DNA of 64,000 bases. Source: Eledone cirrhosa (taxonomy: Eukaryota). The stretch is from NCBI GenBank assembly GCA_964016885.1, contig OZ024745.1, positions 119,598,001 through 119,662,000 of the forward strand, given 5' to 3'. Shown one piece after another: positions 27,881 to 42,510 of the stretch. The notes under the pieces are model-generated. The model worked only from the letters and a program-made list of their open reading frames with translations. It was not told where the DNA came from and did not search any database. The position numbers were made by a program, and so were the translations under genes. Within the stretch, counting starts at the first letter, position 1. Every line of letters begins with the position of its first letter.

Positions 27881-28206
27881 TAAACGGAATAGAAAATGCT
27901 GACAAATTGTTCAGAGTGAAAAATAGTTTAATTAGGAATAAGTGAGAATTAGTAATAGTATTGGTTAGTATTCAGTTTTGGTTTTAATTTTACCGGTTGC
28001 GCATTTCTAATAATTTTGAGATAGAGCGTCCGTGATGTTTGCTCTGATCTGAATTAATTTTGAAAAGCATTAGAAATGCGCAACCGGTAAAACTTAAAAC
28101 CAAAACTGAATACTAACCAATACTATTACTAATTCTCACTTATTCCTAATTAAACTATTTTTCACTGTCAACAATTTGTCACCATTTTCTATTCCGTTTA
28201 CCAATA
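27875..28206. repeat. About 330-bp fold-back palindrome next to (TA)n
   Basis: TATTGGTAAACGGAATAG... / ...CTATTCCGTTTACCAATA arms of about 135 bp. Confidence 0.9.
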
Positions 28207-28295
28207 TATCATAACTTTTGTGTTACACCTCTATTCTTTTAAATATATATATATATATACATAGAGAGAGAGGGAGAGAGAGTGAGAGAGTGAGA

Positions 28296-28364
<69 letters not shown>

Positions 28365-28479
28365 GATAGATAGTTAGATAGATAGATACACACACGCGTA
28401 TATGTGTGCAAATGTATGGATCTGTCTGTATATATGTTTGTGCTTAGTCAATAGATCCTTATGAATAATCTAATGGGCG

Positions 28480-29240
28480 TTATTACAAATTTGATTTTGG
28501 TCTAAATTTATTTAGAAATAGTTTTTCTTTATTTATTCTTTATTGTTGTGTGAAAGAATCTGAGCACTTATAAAGGGGGTGGGGATTTTAAAGTTGGGTC
28601 AGGTCATTTCTGCACAATCGGCAATGGGGCTACTTAAGGGGATTTTCCTTGTGTTTACGTCTAGAATTTCTTGGAGATGGATGGTAATTATTTTGCGTAA
28701 TGACATACCTGTGTGTCCTATGTAGTTATGTCGACAGCCACAGCATGTGATTACGTAGATCTGAGTTTTAGGTGAAGTTGTTTTCCCTGTAAATGTTTGG
28801 TCATCTTTAAATGTGAAATGTTATCCTTCAATTAAGTATAGGCAAGTGCCACATTTGTTCTTCCGCATTTTGTTACCATAAGGCTGGAGATTGTTTTGTG
28901 TATTGTTCCAGTGAGAATCTGTTATAGTGATTTGTGTTACATTTTACTTTTAATGATCTTGTGTGTTTCTGGGATTTTTTTCAGGTTTTCATCTTTCAAT
29001 AGAATGGGGAGGTTTTTGTGGAGATGGTCGTACACTTCGGTGTGTCTTGGATTGAACCTGAATACATATGGTGAGGAATTGTTCGTGGTTCTGTGCTTTG
29101 GATTGTTAAGTTGATGAACATTTACGTGTTTTACTCTGTCTCCGTTATTAGTTATGTCAAGTGGGAAGGCTTCTAAGGTAAATGTGTTTTTTAGTTTATT
29201 TAGTCTTTGTTCCCGTTTAGTTGGGTCTTCATTTCGAACT
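28480..29240 (-). mobile_element. PLE linker and GIY-YIG endonuclease fragment, frameshifted
   Basis: PYVFRFNP...NLPILLKD, then CG..KCGTC and IYVITCCGCRHNYIGHTG. Confidence 0.85.
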
Positions 29241-29644
29241 GAACTTGTGCTCATCTTAATGATCCTTCCCGCTTATGCAGCTGTTGGAGTTTGAAAACTG
29301 GCGACAAAATATAGTTTTCTCCTCTGTGTAAATGACATGATAAATCTCATTTCCAAATGAAGATGTATAAGTTGGCTCAAATTATAATAGCATAGTATTA
29401 TAATTTAGCTTCGTGCCTAACTGTGTACAGATATAGCCGTTATACTGTGATTGCATTGTTGATTCAATTTGATGAATTTTAACTCTACATCTCAGATAAC
29501 AATATTCTGATCAATGGATCGATTACACAAAGATAGTTATTTATAATCTTAAGATATAATACCATCTGCTATAATGGTAAAGTATTTATCGTGGCAGTAA
29601 ATTTGTTTACATTCTGAATTTGCAATCGGCTGTTTCCTAATCAA

Positions 29645-29706
<62 letters not shown>

Positions 29707-30030
29707 TGGCTGCCAACCCGTTTTCGAGTACGGCCACTACTTTATATCCATGCAGGACAACCCCTACCGATGCGCTAAACAAGTGTGACTGTTTAGTCCA
29801 GCAAGCGACTTGAAAACTCTTGTACAAACACTACACCTGTGACAATTATTGACACATAGTGCTAGGCCCATGGCACCATGTGACGACAAGTGCAGAGAGA
29901 TCTCCAGATATAAAGCAATGCCTGTGTCGTGAAGCTTTTATAGTGAGCAAAGGCACTGCACAAAGCCAGTCCCACTCTCTTAACCAAGATGATATTTACG
30001 AAAAAGATATATATATATATATATACATAC

Positions 30031-30090
<60 letters not shown>

Positions 30091-30149
30091 AAGTATGACC
30101 CCGACGGCAGAGCTCAAGCCGTTTCGACGGCTATATACACACATATATA

Positions 30150-30900
30150 TACTAGCAGAATGGCCCGGCGTTGCTCGGGCATCTAAACATAGATTGGCAT
30201 GTTTATCCCTCCTTTCTGAAACAGTACAGAGAAGTACGGAATACCTCGGCCTGGGGATGGTGTCTACATTTTGTGCTTGCAAAAAGAATTCATCGTAGAT
30301 TACCAGGGGTTTAACTTAATTGGGTGCCTGAGAGTAAAATGTTCAACCCACGAAAGCCAAGACGATAGCGTTAAGTAAAAATGCATTCGAAAAACCGGAC
30401 ATGTATTTGTTGTGCCATGGTACAATAAAAGCAATAGTTACAGAGCAGTAAGCAAGTGGGACTGCAGAGAGCATGAAGGAATTTAGTTGGATACTTTTAA
30501 GGTTATAGAATTCTACCGAATCCGATAAAGACGGAATTGTTATATCCGATGCCGAACGCATCGGAATTACTATTTGGGGTCACCATGAACAATTTCAAGG
30601 CATGTATGTTTAAGTAGGGATAATGTAGTCTATAGAGAGTGGTAACTCTTTCAAAATACTAAAGAAGTGTCTCCCTTGAACATTGTAGACAAAATTGCCG
30701 ACAAAAAGGGCTTAAACTTTTAGTGGAAAAATGCCTTTAACAACATAAAATTGAAAAATAAAAGCTGCCTTTCATCCTTACGGGGTCTATAAAATAATGT
30801 ACCAGTAATGCACTAGGGTCGATCTACCCGACTTTCCCTTTCTCAAAAATTGTTGGTCTTGTGCCTAAATCAGAAACCAATATTAAAGTAATCTAACCTT
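30150..30900 (-). mobile_element. Non-autonomous Helitron remnant (3' end)
   Basis: Minus strand CCCGAGCAACGCCGGGCCATTCTGCTAG|T, the same terminus as 6093-6121; far boundary uncertain. Confidence 0.6.
30765..30885 (+). mobile_element. SINE S1 3' fragment
   Basis: Matches S1 body and tail. Confidence 0.75.
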
Positions 30901-31154
30901 AGATATTTCACTGAATCCGATTTAAAACATATAATAGGAATAAGTTTCACTTATAATGCGCATATCTGAATTCAGAACAATATTTATCTATCAGATATCC
31001 ATGAATGATTTAAATTGTCATATATAAAGTAAACAGTGGATATTGAGAAACAAGACTACAGAGAAGCTTAAATATTTATTTTACGTCATAGCTTTAGACA
31101 ATTCCATACATACACACATACATACTCTTTCTCTCGCTCTTCCTCTCTCCCTCC

Positions 31155-31227
<73 letters not shown>

Positions 31228-31238
31228 GCACACATATA

Positions 31239-32312
31239 CAGGGTATCCGTAAAGTCTCTTTACAATTTAAAATATCTATTACATAGGCAATTGATGAGAT
31301 ATCTTAATCAGATTTGTTCTATGTACTTCTCATTACCACAATTTGTACTCTCATTGAATTTGTGTGCTTCAGGTGTCCAGTTGATAAAAGAGGTACTGTT
31401 AAATGAACCCTAAATATGCCTGGAGGAGTGGAAGACCAAGAACATCTGAGGAAAACATCACTCGTGTAAGACAAACCTTTCAGCGTCATCACACAAAGTT
31501 CAAAGAACTTGCGATTGTACTCTTACAAAGTGCAACTTTTACAGGTACTCGAGCCAAATGATAAACCAACACGAAAAGAGTTTGCAGTTAACATGCTGGA
31601 ACGAATTTCTAAGGATAAAACGTTCCTCACCCGAGTTTGTTTTAGTGATGAGGCAACATTTCAGCTTTCAGGGAAACTGAACACACATATTGTGAGAATC
31701 TGGGGATCAGAACACCCCAATGTGATAGGGAACTTCACCGAGGTGAATGTGTGGTGTGGGATCATGTGCAATCAAATCATTGGTCCATTTGTCTTCAACG
31801 AGACATCAATTACTGCAAATGTTTTCCTGATTATGTGGCACCACAACTACATGACCTTCAACCAACCATCATTTTTCAGCAAGATGGTGCACCACCACAT
31901 TGGGGATTGCATGTTCGTGGGTTCCTAAATCAAACATTTCCAGACCGATGGATTGGAAGGGATGGCCCACTTCACTGACCACCTCGTCCACCAGATATCA
32001 CTCCCCGGGACTTCTTTATGTTAAAGATGTCGTGTATCGAACAAAGATACAGGATATCACTGATCTAAAGCAAAAATTCATTGACGACATTGCCACCACT
32101 GATGATGCTATGCTACAGCAAACATGGCAGGAAACCTAGTACCGTCTTGATGTGGTTCATGCAACTAATGGTACCTATATACAGGTCTATTAAAGTAGTT
32201 AAAAAACCTTCAATATATACTCCTCATTTTGTAATAATTTTCACATAGTTGTCTATTCATTTGCTTTTATAACAAACCTTTTAAATTGTAAAGAGACTTT
32301 ATAGACAACCTG
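31239..32312 (+). mobile_element. Decayed Tc1/mariner DD41D-type element
   Basis: TIRs CAGGGTATCCGTAAAGTCTCTTTACAATTTAAAA / TTTTAAATTGTAAAGAGACTTTATAGACAACCTG with TA ends. Motifs FSDEATF and FQQDGAPPH, with about 41 residues to the third D. Confidence 0.9.
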
Positions 32313-32494
32313 TATATAAATGTAACTAAGATCTCTGGTCAACGTTCTCGGGCCAACGTTTCACTCACTCAATGAATCTGCCAAATTGCAGTAATGCAAC
32401 TGCAACCAGCTGTTCAGAGTGCACACCTTTAGTCAATAGCAGTTACGGTGCCTGAGGTTTGGTAGAGAAAGAAGTAAAAAGCTCATGTCCTGGA

Positions 32495-32559
<65 letters not shown>

Positions 32560-32563
<4 letters not shown>

Positions 32564-33945
32564 AGTAGTGTATCCCGGCATTGCACAAGTAAGAACATTG
32601 GTAATAGCACTTCCAATGAGAAACGTTTATTTGTGAGTGCAAGGAAACTTGTTTTATTTGGAGAAAATTAAGAAGTTGAAAGTACAGTTTAGCTATCTAC
32701 GTGCATTGTTCATGTAAATATTGTTGAGCCCCTTCTTTTCATACTCCTTCTGTGACAGTTGTCCCCCGGCTTTCAACTCTGTTTTGGCCTATTGGAGTAA
32801 ATGTGAAAGAGAAAGTCACAGGTTAAGTTGGCAGAAGGTTCCAGTGTCATAGCAGTAAGGCGTAGGCTACTTACCGCAAAAGTTCATTCGTACTCTTTCC
32901 ACTAAGTTACTCTTTCTCTCTATCCATCTCGGTGTAGTCTAATGCGAATTTCTCGCGTAGGCCTGGTGTAGATTTGCACCCGATCCATCTACCCGATGCA
33001 CATGTCCGCTTTGTACGGCTTTTAGAGGAAGGAGTGACCAGCAGCACGTTGTTCAGTATTATTATGTAAAAGTGCAGCAGAGAATCCCGCGTGAACTAAC
33101 AGCTCGGGAGGAAACTGCTTACGTCGAATATTCATTCACCATCGTTCTTGTCAACACTCCGTTTCGTTGGTATTTGTTGGTCTACAGTTAGATGAATGGC
33201 GCACAAAGGGTTAATGTTTATTGGCAAAAAGGTTTTTGATTCATAAAATACGGGTTAAACTACCTACAATATATCATTCTGCGTTGATTTTAGCGGTTTT
33301 CGTTATTGTCAATGAGTATTTTGGACGTCAAATTCGAGACCCTTCTGTTTCTCCTTCAATAAACTGACTACTATGAAGACCATTCCATGTTGGTCTGCGG
33401 ATGGTAATGCAGAACGCAAAGGTGAAAGTTCAGTGGTAATGGGAGTCCTATGTAGCAGCAGTAACATTGACATTACTTACAACGTGTGCTTTCACACTTA
33501 ACGGGTTCTTCTGAAACTAAAAAAATCAATCAGTGAACGCAGAAGTAAATATTTCGAAAAACGTTGCAACCGAAGGAAAGTAGGAAGACGATACTTTGGT
33601 TCGTGAAGACGTTCCCTGGCAATGAACGGAAAATAGCGAAGAAAATACGTCATCAATGATAACAATGTTTGTCATAATGTCGTAATGCACAGAGCCAGAC
33701 ATACAGACAGATATTATAACGGCGCGACGTTATAGCTATGTATCTATCTAAAAGAAAAAGACTAATAAAGAGAGCGAGATCGATAACCGGCGGCTAACAA
33801 CCCTTTAATAACCGAAAATTGAAAAATAAAAGCTGCAGTTAATATCTTTAGACCGCAAGTTTGAAGTCAATCGGAGAAGAAATGTAGATTTGTATAGACT
33901 TCGTGAAACTTACGACACACACACACAGACAATTTCAATTTTATA
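32560..33945 (-). mobile_element. Probable non-autonomous Helitron
   Basis: Degenerate 3' end (ACAAG...CCCGGCATTGC) and typical 5' region; shares CAGACATACAGACAGATATTATA..GCG..CGTTATA with 5690-5760. Confidence 0.55.
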
Positions 33946-34519
33946 TGTATATATATATACTTTTCTTAATATAATAAGCATTAAACTAATATATTTCACC
34001 GTTGTACTGTATTGTTCTTCGATGTTTTTTTCCCTTTCTGAGATTTTAAATACAAACACACAAACACACCCACCCACACATATACACACACACATACATA
34101 TATATAACCCCCCCCCCATATGTATATATTATGGGAACTTTGTGTTAATTAATCCGTTATTAACATTCTTATTGCAAGTATAAATAAATAAACTCTTGTG
34201 TAAACATGATTGAGTACACTGAGTTTTATAGATTCCCCGCTGTGAAACTATTACTTAGGTGTTTGTAACGACAGCGTGTTGGTATAGTAATGAATTCCAA
34301 GGCTATATGTTAGAGTTTCACCACATTCTATTTATTACCTTATACGAATTTTGATGGTATCATTTACGTAATCCTCAGATACGATCTCATTAGACAGTTC
34401 TTCCCCTTGCATAAACATTAGTGATGTAATTTTTGTGATATACCAGCTGCCGCGCTTGGGTATTTTTTATTCGCCACTCAACTGCCTTCTAATTCATTAT
34501 TTTATATATATATATATAT

Positions 34520-34657
<138 letters not shown>

Positions 34658-34706
34658 ACACACACACACACATACACACACACACACACACATACACACA
34701 CACGTC

Positions 34707-34743
<37 letters not shown>

Positions 34744-35263
34744 TGTGTGTGTAGGTTGATAGCGACTGATAGATAGATACATAAATAAATAGGTAATCAT
34801 ACACACTTATATATATTTCCTTTTAGAATTCATTGTCCTGCGCATGTATTGTTTTTTTGGCGGCAATCTACTTCCTTATTTTTGAATCTGTTTGAGAATT
34901 TCTTTAGAACTGCTAGAATAGCAACCTGGCAGCTACCTCAAGCACTGATGATGATTATCGCTAAATACTGATATTGATTTGGTTATCAATATTAGTATTA
35001 TTGGGCACCCACTGAAGAATTATAAGAGCCCACTTGAATAAGTATCTGTTGATCTTATCTCATATGAAATAATACAGCCAATTTTCCACACAATACAATT
35101 AGTTAGCACCCCGAACGTTTAATTAGGAATATACTCACTTATTTCCTAATGTTTGTTGAGTGAGTTGGAATTTGGCCGGAGTATCGCTAAAAGCTTTCTC
35201 CGATAATGTATTTATATATATATATATATATATATAAATGAAAATAGAGAAATATATATGAGA

Positions 35264-35295
<32 letters not shown>

Positions 35296-35338
35296 ATTGG
35301 TAACACAACAGTTAGAGAGAGAGAGAGAGGATTACAAG

Positions 35339-35423
35339 AGGTCAGACGACCCGCAGATTACAGAGTCGGGTAAGATTGATACAGATCGAACCTTGAGCTG
35401 ATTAGTGGCGAAACGCGCGTCAC
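35339..35423 (+). ncRNA. Degenerate long-stem II HHR motif
   Basis: GGU-CAGACGA (one core change)...GAAA-CGCGCG-UC/ACC; the 3' half recurs as a palindrome at 42995-43110. Confidence 0.5.
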
Positions 35424-35475
35424 CAACCAATAAATGTAATGAAGGAATAACCAATCGTCCTTGTTATCTTTTCAC

Positions 35476-35632
35476 TATAATACACTATGTCTACTTCTAC
35501 ACATCGACACTGAAGTGAACCTAAACATGATATGCTCACCCGGGTGGACCTACAGTAATTCCACCCGGGTGAGCATATCATGTTTAGGTTCACTTCAGTG
35601 TCGATGTGTAGAAGTAGACATAGTGTATTATA
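35476..35632. repeat. Perfect fold-back palindrome (arms of about 72 bp); a second inverted pair lies at 35651-35848
   Basis: Seen directly. Confidence 0.9.
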
Positions 35633-36063
35633 TATAGACATAGTATAGCAAATCTCATAGCTTACAATTGTTTCTCTGAACTGGTAGGTCTAGAGATCGC
35701 TATTCGCTTATTTTCACGTTACTCGATCGCCAATACAAAATTATAACCAGTCAGATCTTCGGAGCATGCGAGAATGAAGAGAATACACAGCGAATAGCGA
35801 TCTCTAGACCTACCAGTTCAGAGAAACAATTGTCAGCTATGAGATTAAAAACCTTTTTTGTATAGCAAACCATGTCAACCTTCTTTCCCGATTTATTATT
35901 ACTCCAAGTGTTTACAACATAGGAATTACAGCATACCCGCAGCATCACTATGAAAACGCCTTGTTGAGTCAAACCAAACCAAGCGGTAATATCATCCACT
36001 ACCTGGAATACCATAACTGGACTATACCTAAGTGGACTGCATTTAACTATTATTTGTTACCCC

Positions 36064-36128
<65 letters not shown>

Positions 36129-36255
36129 AGCAACGGGATATTTAATTATTTAATTTGTTGGTAATACAACAAATATATTTATAACAGATTCTCACGGAAC
36201 TTGAACCGTTAGGATCTGATTCCTGGGTATGTCACTATTTATAAAACAAACTTTG

Positions 36256-36315
36256 TATTTTATCTGATGAGAGCGTACCAAAAATTTGCTAGCCTTGAAA
36301 TATATTTAATAGTAT
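36256..36315 (+). ncRNA. Type I HHR (family C2), diverged
   Basis: UAUUUUAU-CUGAUGA-GAGCGUACCAAAAAUUUGCUAGCCUU-GAAA-UAUAUU-UA/AUAG. Confidence 0.65.
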
Positions 36316-36419
36316 GAATATCGTTTTATAAATATAGTTTCCATTTATTAAAATCATTCATATATATATATATAAATTTTGCGAGGTTTTTCATATGAAA
36401 TCGTGTGTCGAAATAAATA

Positions 36420-36762
36420 TTGTTATACTTGGGGAGGGTCATATTGTTGTAATAATATTGCCAGAAATAATAACAGAACACACTCACTGGATGGCGTAGA
36501 TATACAATACAACACGAGGAACATAATAGTACCCCTAACGATGCTACAGGCGTGCTACGAAGGAACTTTATTAGAATATGCATTTATGTCTATATTATAT
36601 CCATATTTTTGACCGTTGGTCAGTCAATGGTAAATATTGAGGACAGAATGAATTAACTGTGGAGATATAAAAGATACAGAAGCGAAAACTAACCAAACAG
36701 TGAGTGTGTTCTTTTATTATTTCTGGCAATATTATTACAACAATATGACCCTCCCCAAGTAT

Positions 36763-36768
<6 letters not shown>
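36420..36768 (+). mobile_element. Family A PLE 3' end with 5' inverted terminal copy
   Basis: 36420-36488 is the reverse complement of the terminus. 36490-36768 is homologous to 43752-44020, with a decayed HHR (CUAACGA..GAAG). Confidence 0.82.
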
Positions 36769-36809
<41 letters not shown>

Positions 36810-37199
36810 AATAAATTTAGCTAATCGCACTATTTTATAACCATTATCTATTTTCACATTACATATATTTTGGGCTTTCTTAATTTACCTATATAAATTA
36901 TTCAGGGGCAATTATTTATATACGATTTATTTAATTTTTGTTTTTTAAATATTTCTCTTTTGACATTTTGTTTTCAATGGCAAAATCAGAGGAAGCAACA
37001 ATAAACTAGATGTAAGTAAGGCCGAGATGATGACTTTTCAATCTCCGCACACGAATACTCTAAACCTCCCAGAGCTAATCCTGTAAACCATACCAACTAT
37101 TTTCTGATGACCACTCACGCTGAAGTATTTGTCGACAGTTAACCCTAAGATTAAACACGATGAAAAGGTTTCCCCAGTGGAAGAAATTATGACTGTTTA

Positions 37200-38050
37200 A
37201 CTTCATCCATTATCCAATAATGCAGGGGCTCAAATTATTTCTTGGTTAGCCGCATTTTGTGTTGTTTCACCCATTGAATTTATCTATGTAGGTTAGATTT
37301 AATGTTATTCGGTCAGCTACAACGTTAATAACTTTCTGAATATTTTATATTGAGGCGTTTGATAACATTAAGTAAATTCGTTTTGTAAATTAGGAAGAGA
37401 AGAGTAACCAATAATTGCTTTGAGAGATAAAACATTAATTCGATAATTCTGTTGAAGAGTGCTTTTTAGGACTCAGTTGATCCTGTGCAGTCTATGGGCT
37501 GTATTTAAGGGCAATTGTCTTTCAACAGGATATTACGTTCCGCAATGCCGAAGGCCTTGCTTAAATGAAGGTGTTCTACATCTGTTTTCAAACATTTTCC
37601 CAAAATATTTAATATATTGTCAAATTGTTGTAGAATCTTTTGAAGCAGTTGTTACAAAATCTAAAATAGTGCTGTTTGGTATGTAGGTTTGCTGCACTTC
37701 AGGAACTTAGTAATTGAATTGCTGCAATTATATGAAAATTAAATGAAAGTAGCCGCCACTATTTTAAAGCAAGATAATTTTTGTTCTGAAAATTAATATA
37801 TTTAGGAGAGAAAAACTAAGATAAGGAATAATTCATCTAGCAACGTTCTCCATAGATAACGAGAGGTGATACATATTGGTGCTGATATTCTTTCAGAAGA
37901 CGAGTAGGAAATTTATTGGGCCTCTCTATTGAGTTGTTTTCTTTACCGCTGTGGCGAATGCAATCTCATAAATGATATATTAGAGGATGCATTAACTGAT
38001 AACACCATGGGATAGTTAAAAAAGGAGCAGTGTTTTTTCTAAAGGATTAC
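37200..38050 (-). mobile_element. Highly decayed CR1/L2-like LINE RT remnant
   Basis: Fragments GPNKFPTRLLKEY..VSPL / LWRTLLD and KAF.IA.RNILLK across frameshifts. Confidence 0.45.
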
Positions 38051-38293
38051 ACTCGTTTCTTTGGCATCAATGTGGCGATTAGTATGTTCGATAATCACTG
38101 CACAAATGAATATAAGAGTAACTCTATGGATTTTGGAAAATTGGTGTATCGTGGTTGATTTGCGTTGCATTTAAACAATCGCTGTTAACTTGTGTTGTGA
38201 TTCTTCTTACTCATTACTTAACCACAATAACGGAATATTTAAATGTTGCTGTGGTACTGAGTACTCTTTTCTCTCGTTCGTCCTATATATATA

Positions 38294-38329
<36 letters not shown>

Positions 38330-38479
38330 TATATATATATTAAGGACGTTTATATTCGTATTTTCCCGTTCTTTGCCAGCGAACGTTTCCACAAACCAAA
38401 TTATCGTCTTCCTGTCTTCCTCCGGTTGCAACGTTTTTTGAAATATCCACTTCTGCGTTTACAGATTGACTTTGTTAGT

Positions 38480-40690
38480 TTCAGAAGATCTCATAAGCTT
38501 AACGAAAACCTCAATCGTCCTCAACCAATTCTAGAGGCTTCCTGCCTACATTCATAATCTTTCCTGGCTTCTTAACATTCTCTACCAGACACTTCGTCTT
38601 AATCTGATTCATTCTCAGCCCCACACTCATCCACACAGTCACCCACTCCTGCGTCAACACATCTGCCTCCTTCACTGTGTTTGTAACCAGAACTATGTCA
38701 TCGGCAAATTCAGCATCCGATATCTTTTCGCCTTAACTCTCCTGCTCAGAGCCAGTGTTATAGTAAAGCCAGAGTCATTGTGTTTCTCCAGTGCAAGGCG
38801 CATACAATAGTCCACTGCGATGATAAAAAGGTAGGGAGCCAATGTATCTCCCTGGAGCACTCCAGCCAGTATCTCAAAGAACTTCATCATCCCATCAGGT
38901 GTAATGACTTGAGCTTTGGTGTTGGTGTAGAGCAGTGATATCAGGTCCACTATCTTCTTGGGAATTCCATAAGCCTGTAAGATCTTCATCAGGCAGTGAT
39001 GGTCCACAGAATGAAAGGCCCTCCTAAAGTCAATGAAAACCATGACTGCAATAAGGCTCTTTGCTCTAGCTCCTTCTAATATCCTCCTCAGCATTAGGAT
39101 GTGACTGGTGATTGATCTTCCCTCTCTGAGGCCGTTCTGGTTTTCCCTTAGCTTCTTCTCCATCTCGGGGTGGATCCTGTTAAGAATCATCCTGTTGAGG
39201 GTTTTGCCACATGTGATGTCAGTGAGATCTTCTTGTAGTTGTTGGTGTTAGAGAGATTTCCCTTCTTTGGCACTGGGGCGATATTACTGATCCTCCACTG
39301 ATTCGGGCAACTCCTTTCTCCAGTGCCTGGTTACAGAACCCCAGGATAATATTATCAAAATCACACCTCATCATCACCTCGTCATCACCTCTTCATCACC
39401 GTTAGCCTTGCCCTCCTTGGTCTTCTTCTTGGCTCTCTGAAGCTCCTCTCTGGTGAAGGGCCCTGTCTCAATATCTAGTTTTTCAAACAGCCGCTTGATC
39501 TCCCCAGTGTTCTGGGCTGTGGAGGGCGGCTCTCCTAGTAGGGTCCTAAAATGATCCAGCCATTTCCTCTTCCTATCCTCGTGCCCTTTTCCCTGAATCT
39601 GACTCGAACACCTTCTTTTCCTCCCTGTGATCTCGTTGATGATCAACCAGCTCTCCTTACATCCAGATCTGTCACCTGCTCTCTCCACACTTCTGATCTT
39701 CTCTATCAGCGCCACCTCTCTGGCCTCAGTGTAAGCGGTACAGAGTTCTTCCCTCATCACCTCCATATTCTCCTTCCTCTCCTCCGTAGGATCAGTATAG
39801 AATTGGTCCTTGGCGGCTTCCAGGTGTTGTCTGGCTGCACACACTTTTGGGTCTGCAGAGCTGACGTCTTCCTCTTTTTCTCTCTCCTAGGCACCAGAGC
39901 ATCACTTGCTTCAGCCACTGCATTGGTAATGTACCCGTACATCCTCGTCACACTCTCCTCAGTCCCTCCAATCTCTCTCTCCTCTGCCTCTCCACACACA
40001 GCACTGAACCTGTTCCTCACTTCTACTGTGAACCTCTCCTGTAGCTTATCATCTTCATTGAAAGCTCCCCCAGTCATAGATTGCTCTCTGCGGCTGAGCG
40101 TTGCTCTTTCTTAAGCTCACCCGGACCTCACTCATAACAAACAGGTGGTCTCTGCCCAGTGTACTGAAATAGTTGAATGGTTCTGTGTTCAGAAAACTAT
40201 TCCGCCACTTTTTGCTCACCAGAATGAAATCAATCTAGGAATTGGACAGGTGCATATCTGAGATGTAGGTCCACATCTTCTCCGGATACTTTCTAAACCT
40301 TAGGTTGGTTGCCATCAAGTTGACTGCAGCAGGATATCTCTCAGTAGTTTTCCATTTCGGTGGGTGTTGTTATGGAAGAACAGGCAAGGATCTTCACTGC
40401 TCTCCTTACTCAGATGTGCATTGAAGTCCCTCAGAACAAGCAGTATGTTGTGAGCTTGTGTGGTGTTGACAGCTCTACACACCTCATGGAACTCCTCCGC
40501 ACTCACATCACTGTCTCCCTCGGTTGGACTATAGACTGAGATGACTGTCAGTCTTAGGGTTCCATTGAAGGTCACCCTCAACACAGGTATGATTTCCTTC
40601 ACCAATAGACTGGTTTTTGTTCTGAAAACAAAACCCACTCCTCCTAGTGCAGCATTCGTCGTGTTCTTCACTGCTGATGTGCTGATGAGC
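38480..40690 (-). mobile_element. RTE-like LINE, APE + RT region, decayed
   Basis: GGVGFV, ISVYSPT, DFNAH, NG..L (APE); LRENQNG.R, FIDFRRAF.SV, GVLQGDTLAPYLF (RT). Confidence 0.9.
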
Positions 40691-40841
40691 TGCTCCTCTT
40701 CCTATCATCACTCTCTCTATCTCTCTCTCTCTCTCTCTCTACACACACAAACCCAAACACACACACCCAAACACACACACACACACGCACACACACACAC
40801 ACGCACACACACGCACACACACACACACGCACACACAAACC

Positions 40842-40952
<111 letters not shown>

Positions 40953-41537
40953 GGTTGGATATGAATTTTGGTGCGTTTGAAAACCCAACGCTAATATATA
41001 TGATGTGTATATTTGTAAGATTTCTTGCCAGGTGTGCTCGATATCATGTATATCTGTGTTATATATGTAATAATGTGTATATGTATGTGCAGTCTGTATG
41101 TGAGTTAACTCTTCAAATTCTAACACAATTTATGTCCAATGCACACGTGGGAACTTACAAGACTGTGTAACATATATCATGGCGGTATGATCAACTCTTT
41201 CTTCAAGTGGTTCAGATATCAGAGTTTTAGACATTTCCAATATAACCATGAAAACTACACTATTTCATTTTCTAAACCTTTAGGAGCCCCCCACCAACAA
41301 ACGGGGGCAGAAAAGTGATAAATCTATGTCAGTATAATGTTAAAGCCTATGTACTTAATGGCACTACGGTCAATAGCATCTCGTGAGTGTACTTATGTGT
41401 ATTTCTAATGTATCTGTTTTTATTAGCACGGATTTCTGTTTGTTATCTAACACTCTTCAATAATGTTCTGTTCTAATGTATTTATTTACACACACACGCA
41501 CACACACACACAGACGTGCACACACGTGCACACACGT

Positions 41538-41640
<103 letters not shown>

Positions 41641-42049
41641 GGATTGTCAAGTATGAAATCTGTAGAAATTCGTAGAGAAAAAACACATTTCTACAAATTT
41701 CATACTTGATGACCCAAAATATATCTGTATGTTTACGTGTGTGAGAGAGAGAGAAAAGAAAAGAGACAGAGACAGAGAAAGAGGAGGAAAGGGTGATAGA
41801 GGATGATAAATCAGAGGGTAAGAGGAGCCGATATTAGTCAAATCATCAAACAGAATGGGTTGCGATAATTTTCTCAAATTTTCTGCAGCATGGGGTCCTC
41901 TGTTCCTTACATAGTTTCTAAATCAAATAAGAAGGTATCAGGCTAGTTCTGGTTCAGTCCTCTCTCCATTTCACTATCTTATACTAGTTGTTCCGGTGAA
42001 TCAATTATGGGAGGATCTCCAAGGTGTTCGTGTTTGAACATGTTAGACA

Positions 42050-42510
42050 CGACTTAAAGGACACGAATGAAAGGATCAGATCCTTCACACAACAATTCAC
42101 CACTGCATTCATAAAGCTCCATTACATGCTTATTTGTGTTTGAGTTTATAAATCCACTATATATGCTTACGTGTGTGCTTGAGTTTATAAGTCGTATGAT
42201 TAACTCCACTATATATGATTATGTGTGCACTTGAATATATAAGTCGTATGATTAACTCCACTCTTTCATTCTTGCTGCTTGGAAAGTAGAAAAGGTTTTT
42301 CCCGGGAATTTAAAAGTTAGGATCTACTGTAACAACATCTGATGAGAACAAATCATTTGCAAATATGGAAAGGCTAATGTCACACCAACGGACTTCTTCT
42401 TTTCGGATGATTCGCGTAGAATATTAACTCTTGACCATCTGTTCAGTTTCCCGCCCAACTTCTCGCAATTAAATATGCCGGATGCACCTTCATGCTATCG
42501 TGTTAGAACA
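42050..42510 (+). repeat. Family E repeat with HHR-like motif at 42335-42381; inverted partner at 44270-44680
   Basis: ACAU-CUGAUGA...GAAA-GGCUA/AUGU; internal 46-bp subrepeats. Confidence 0.7.
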
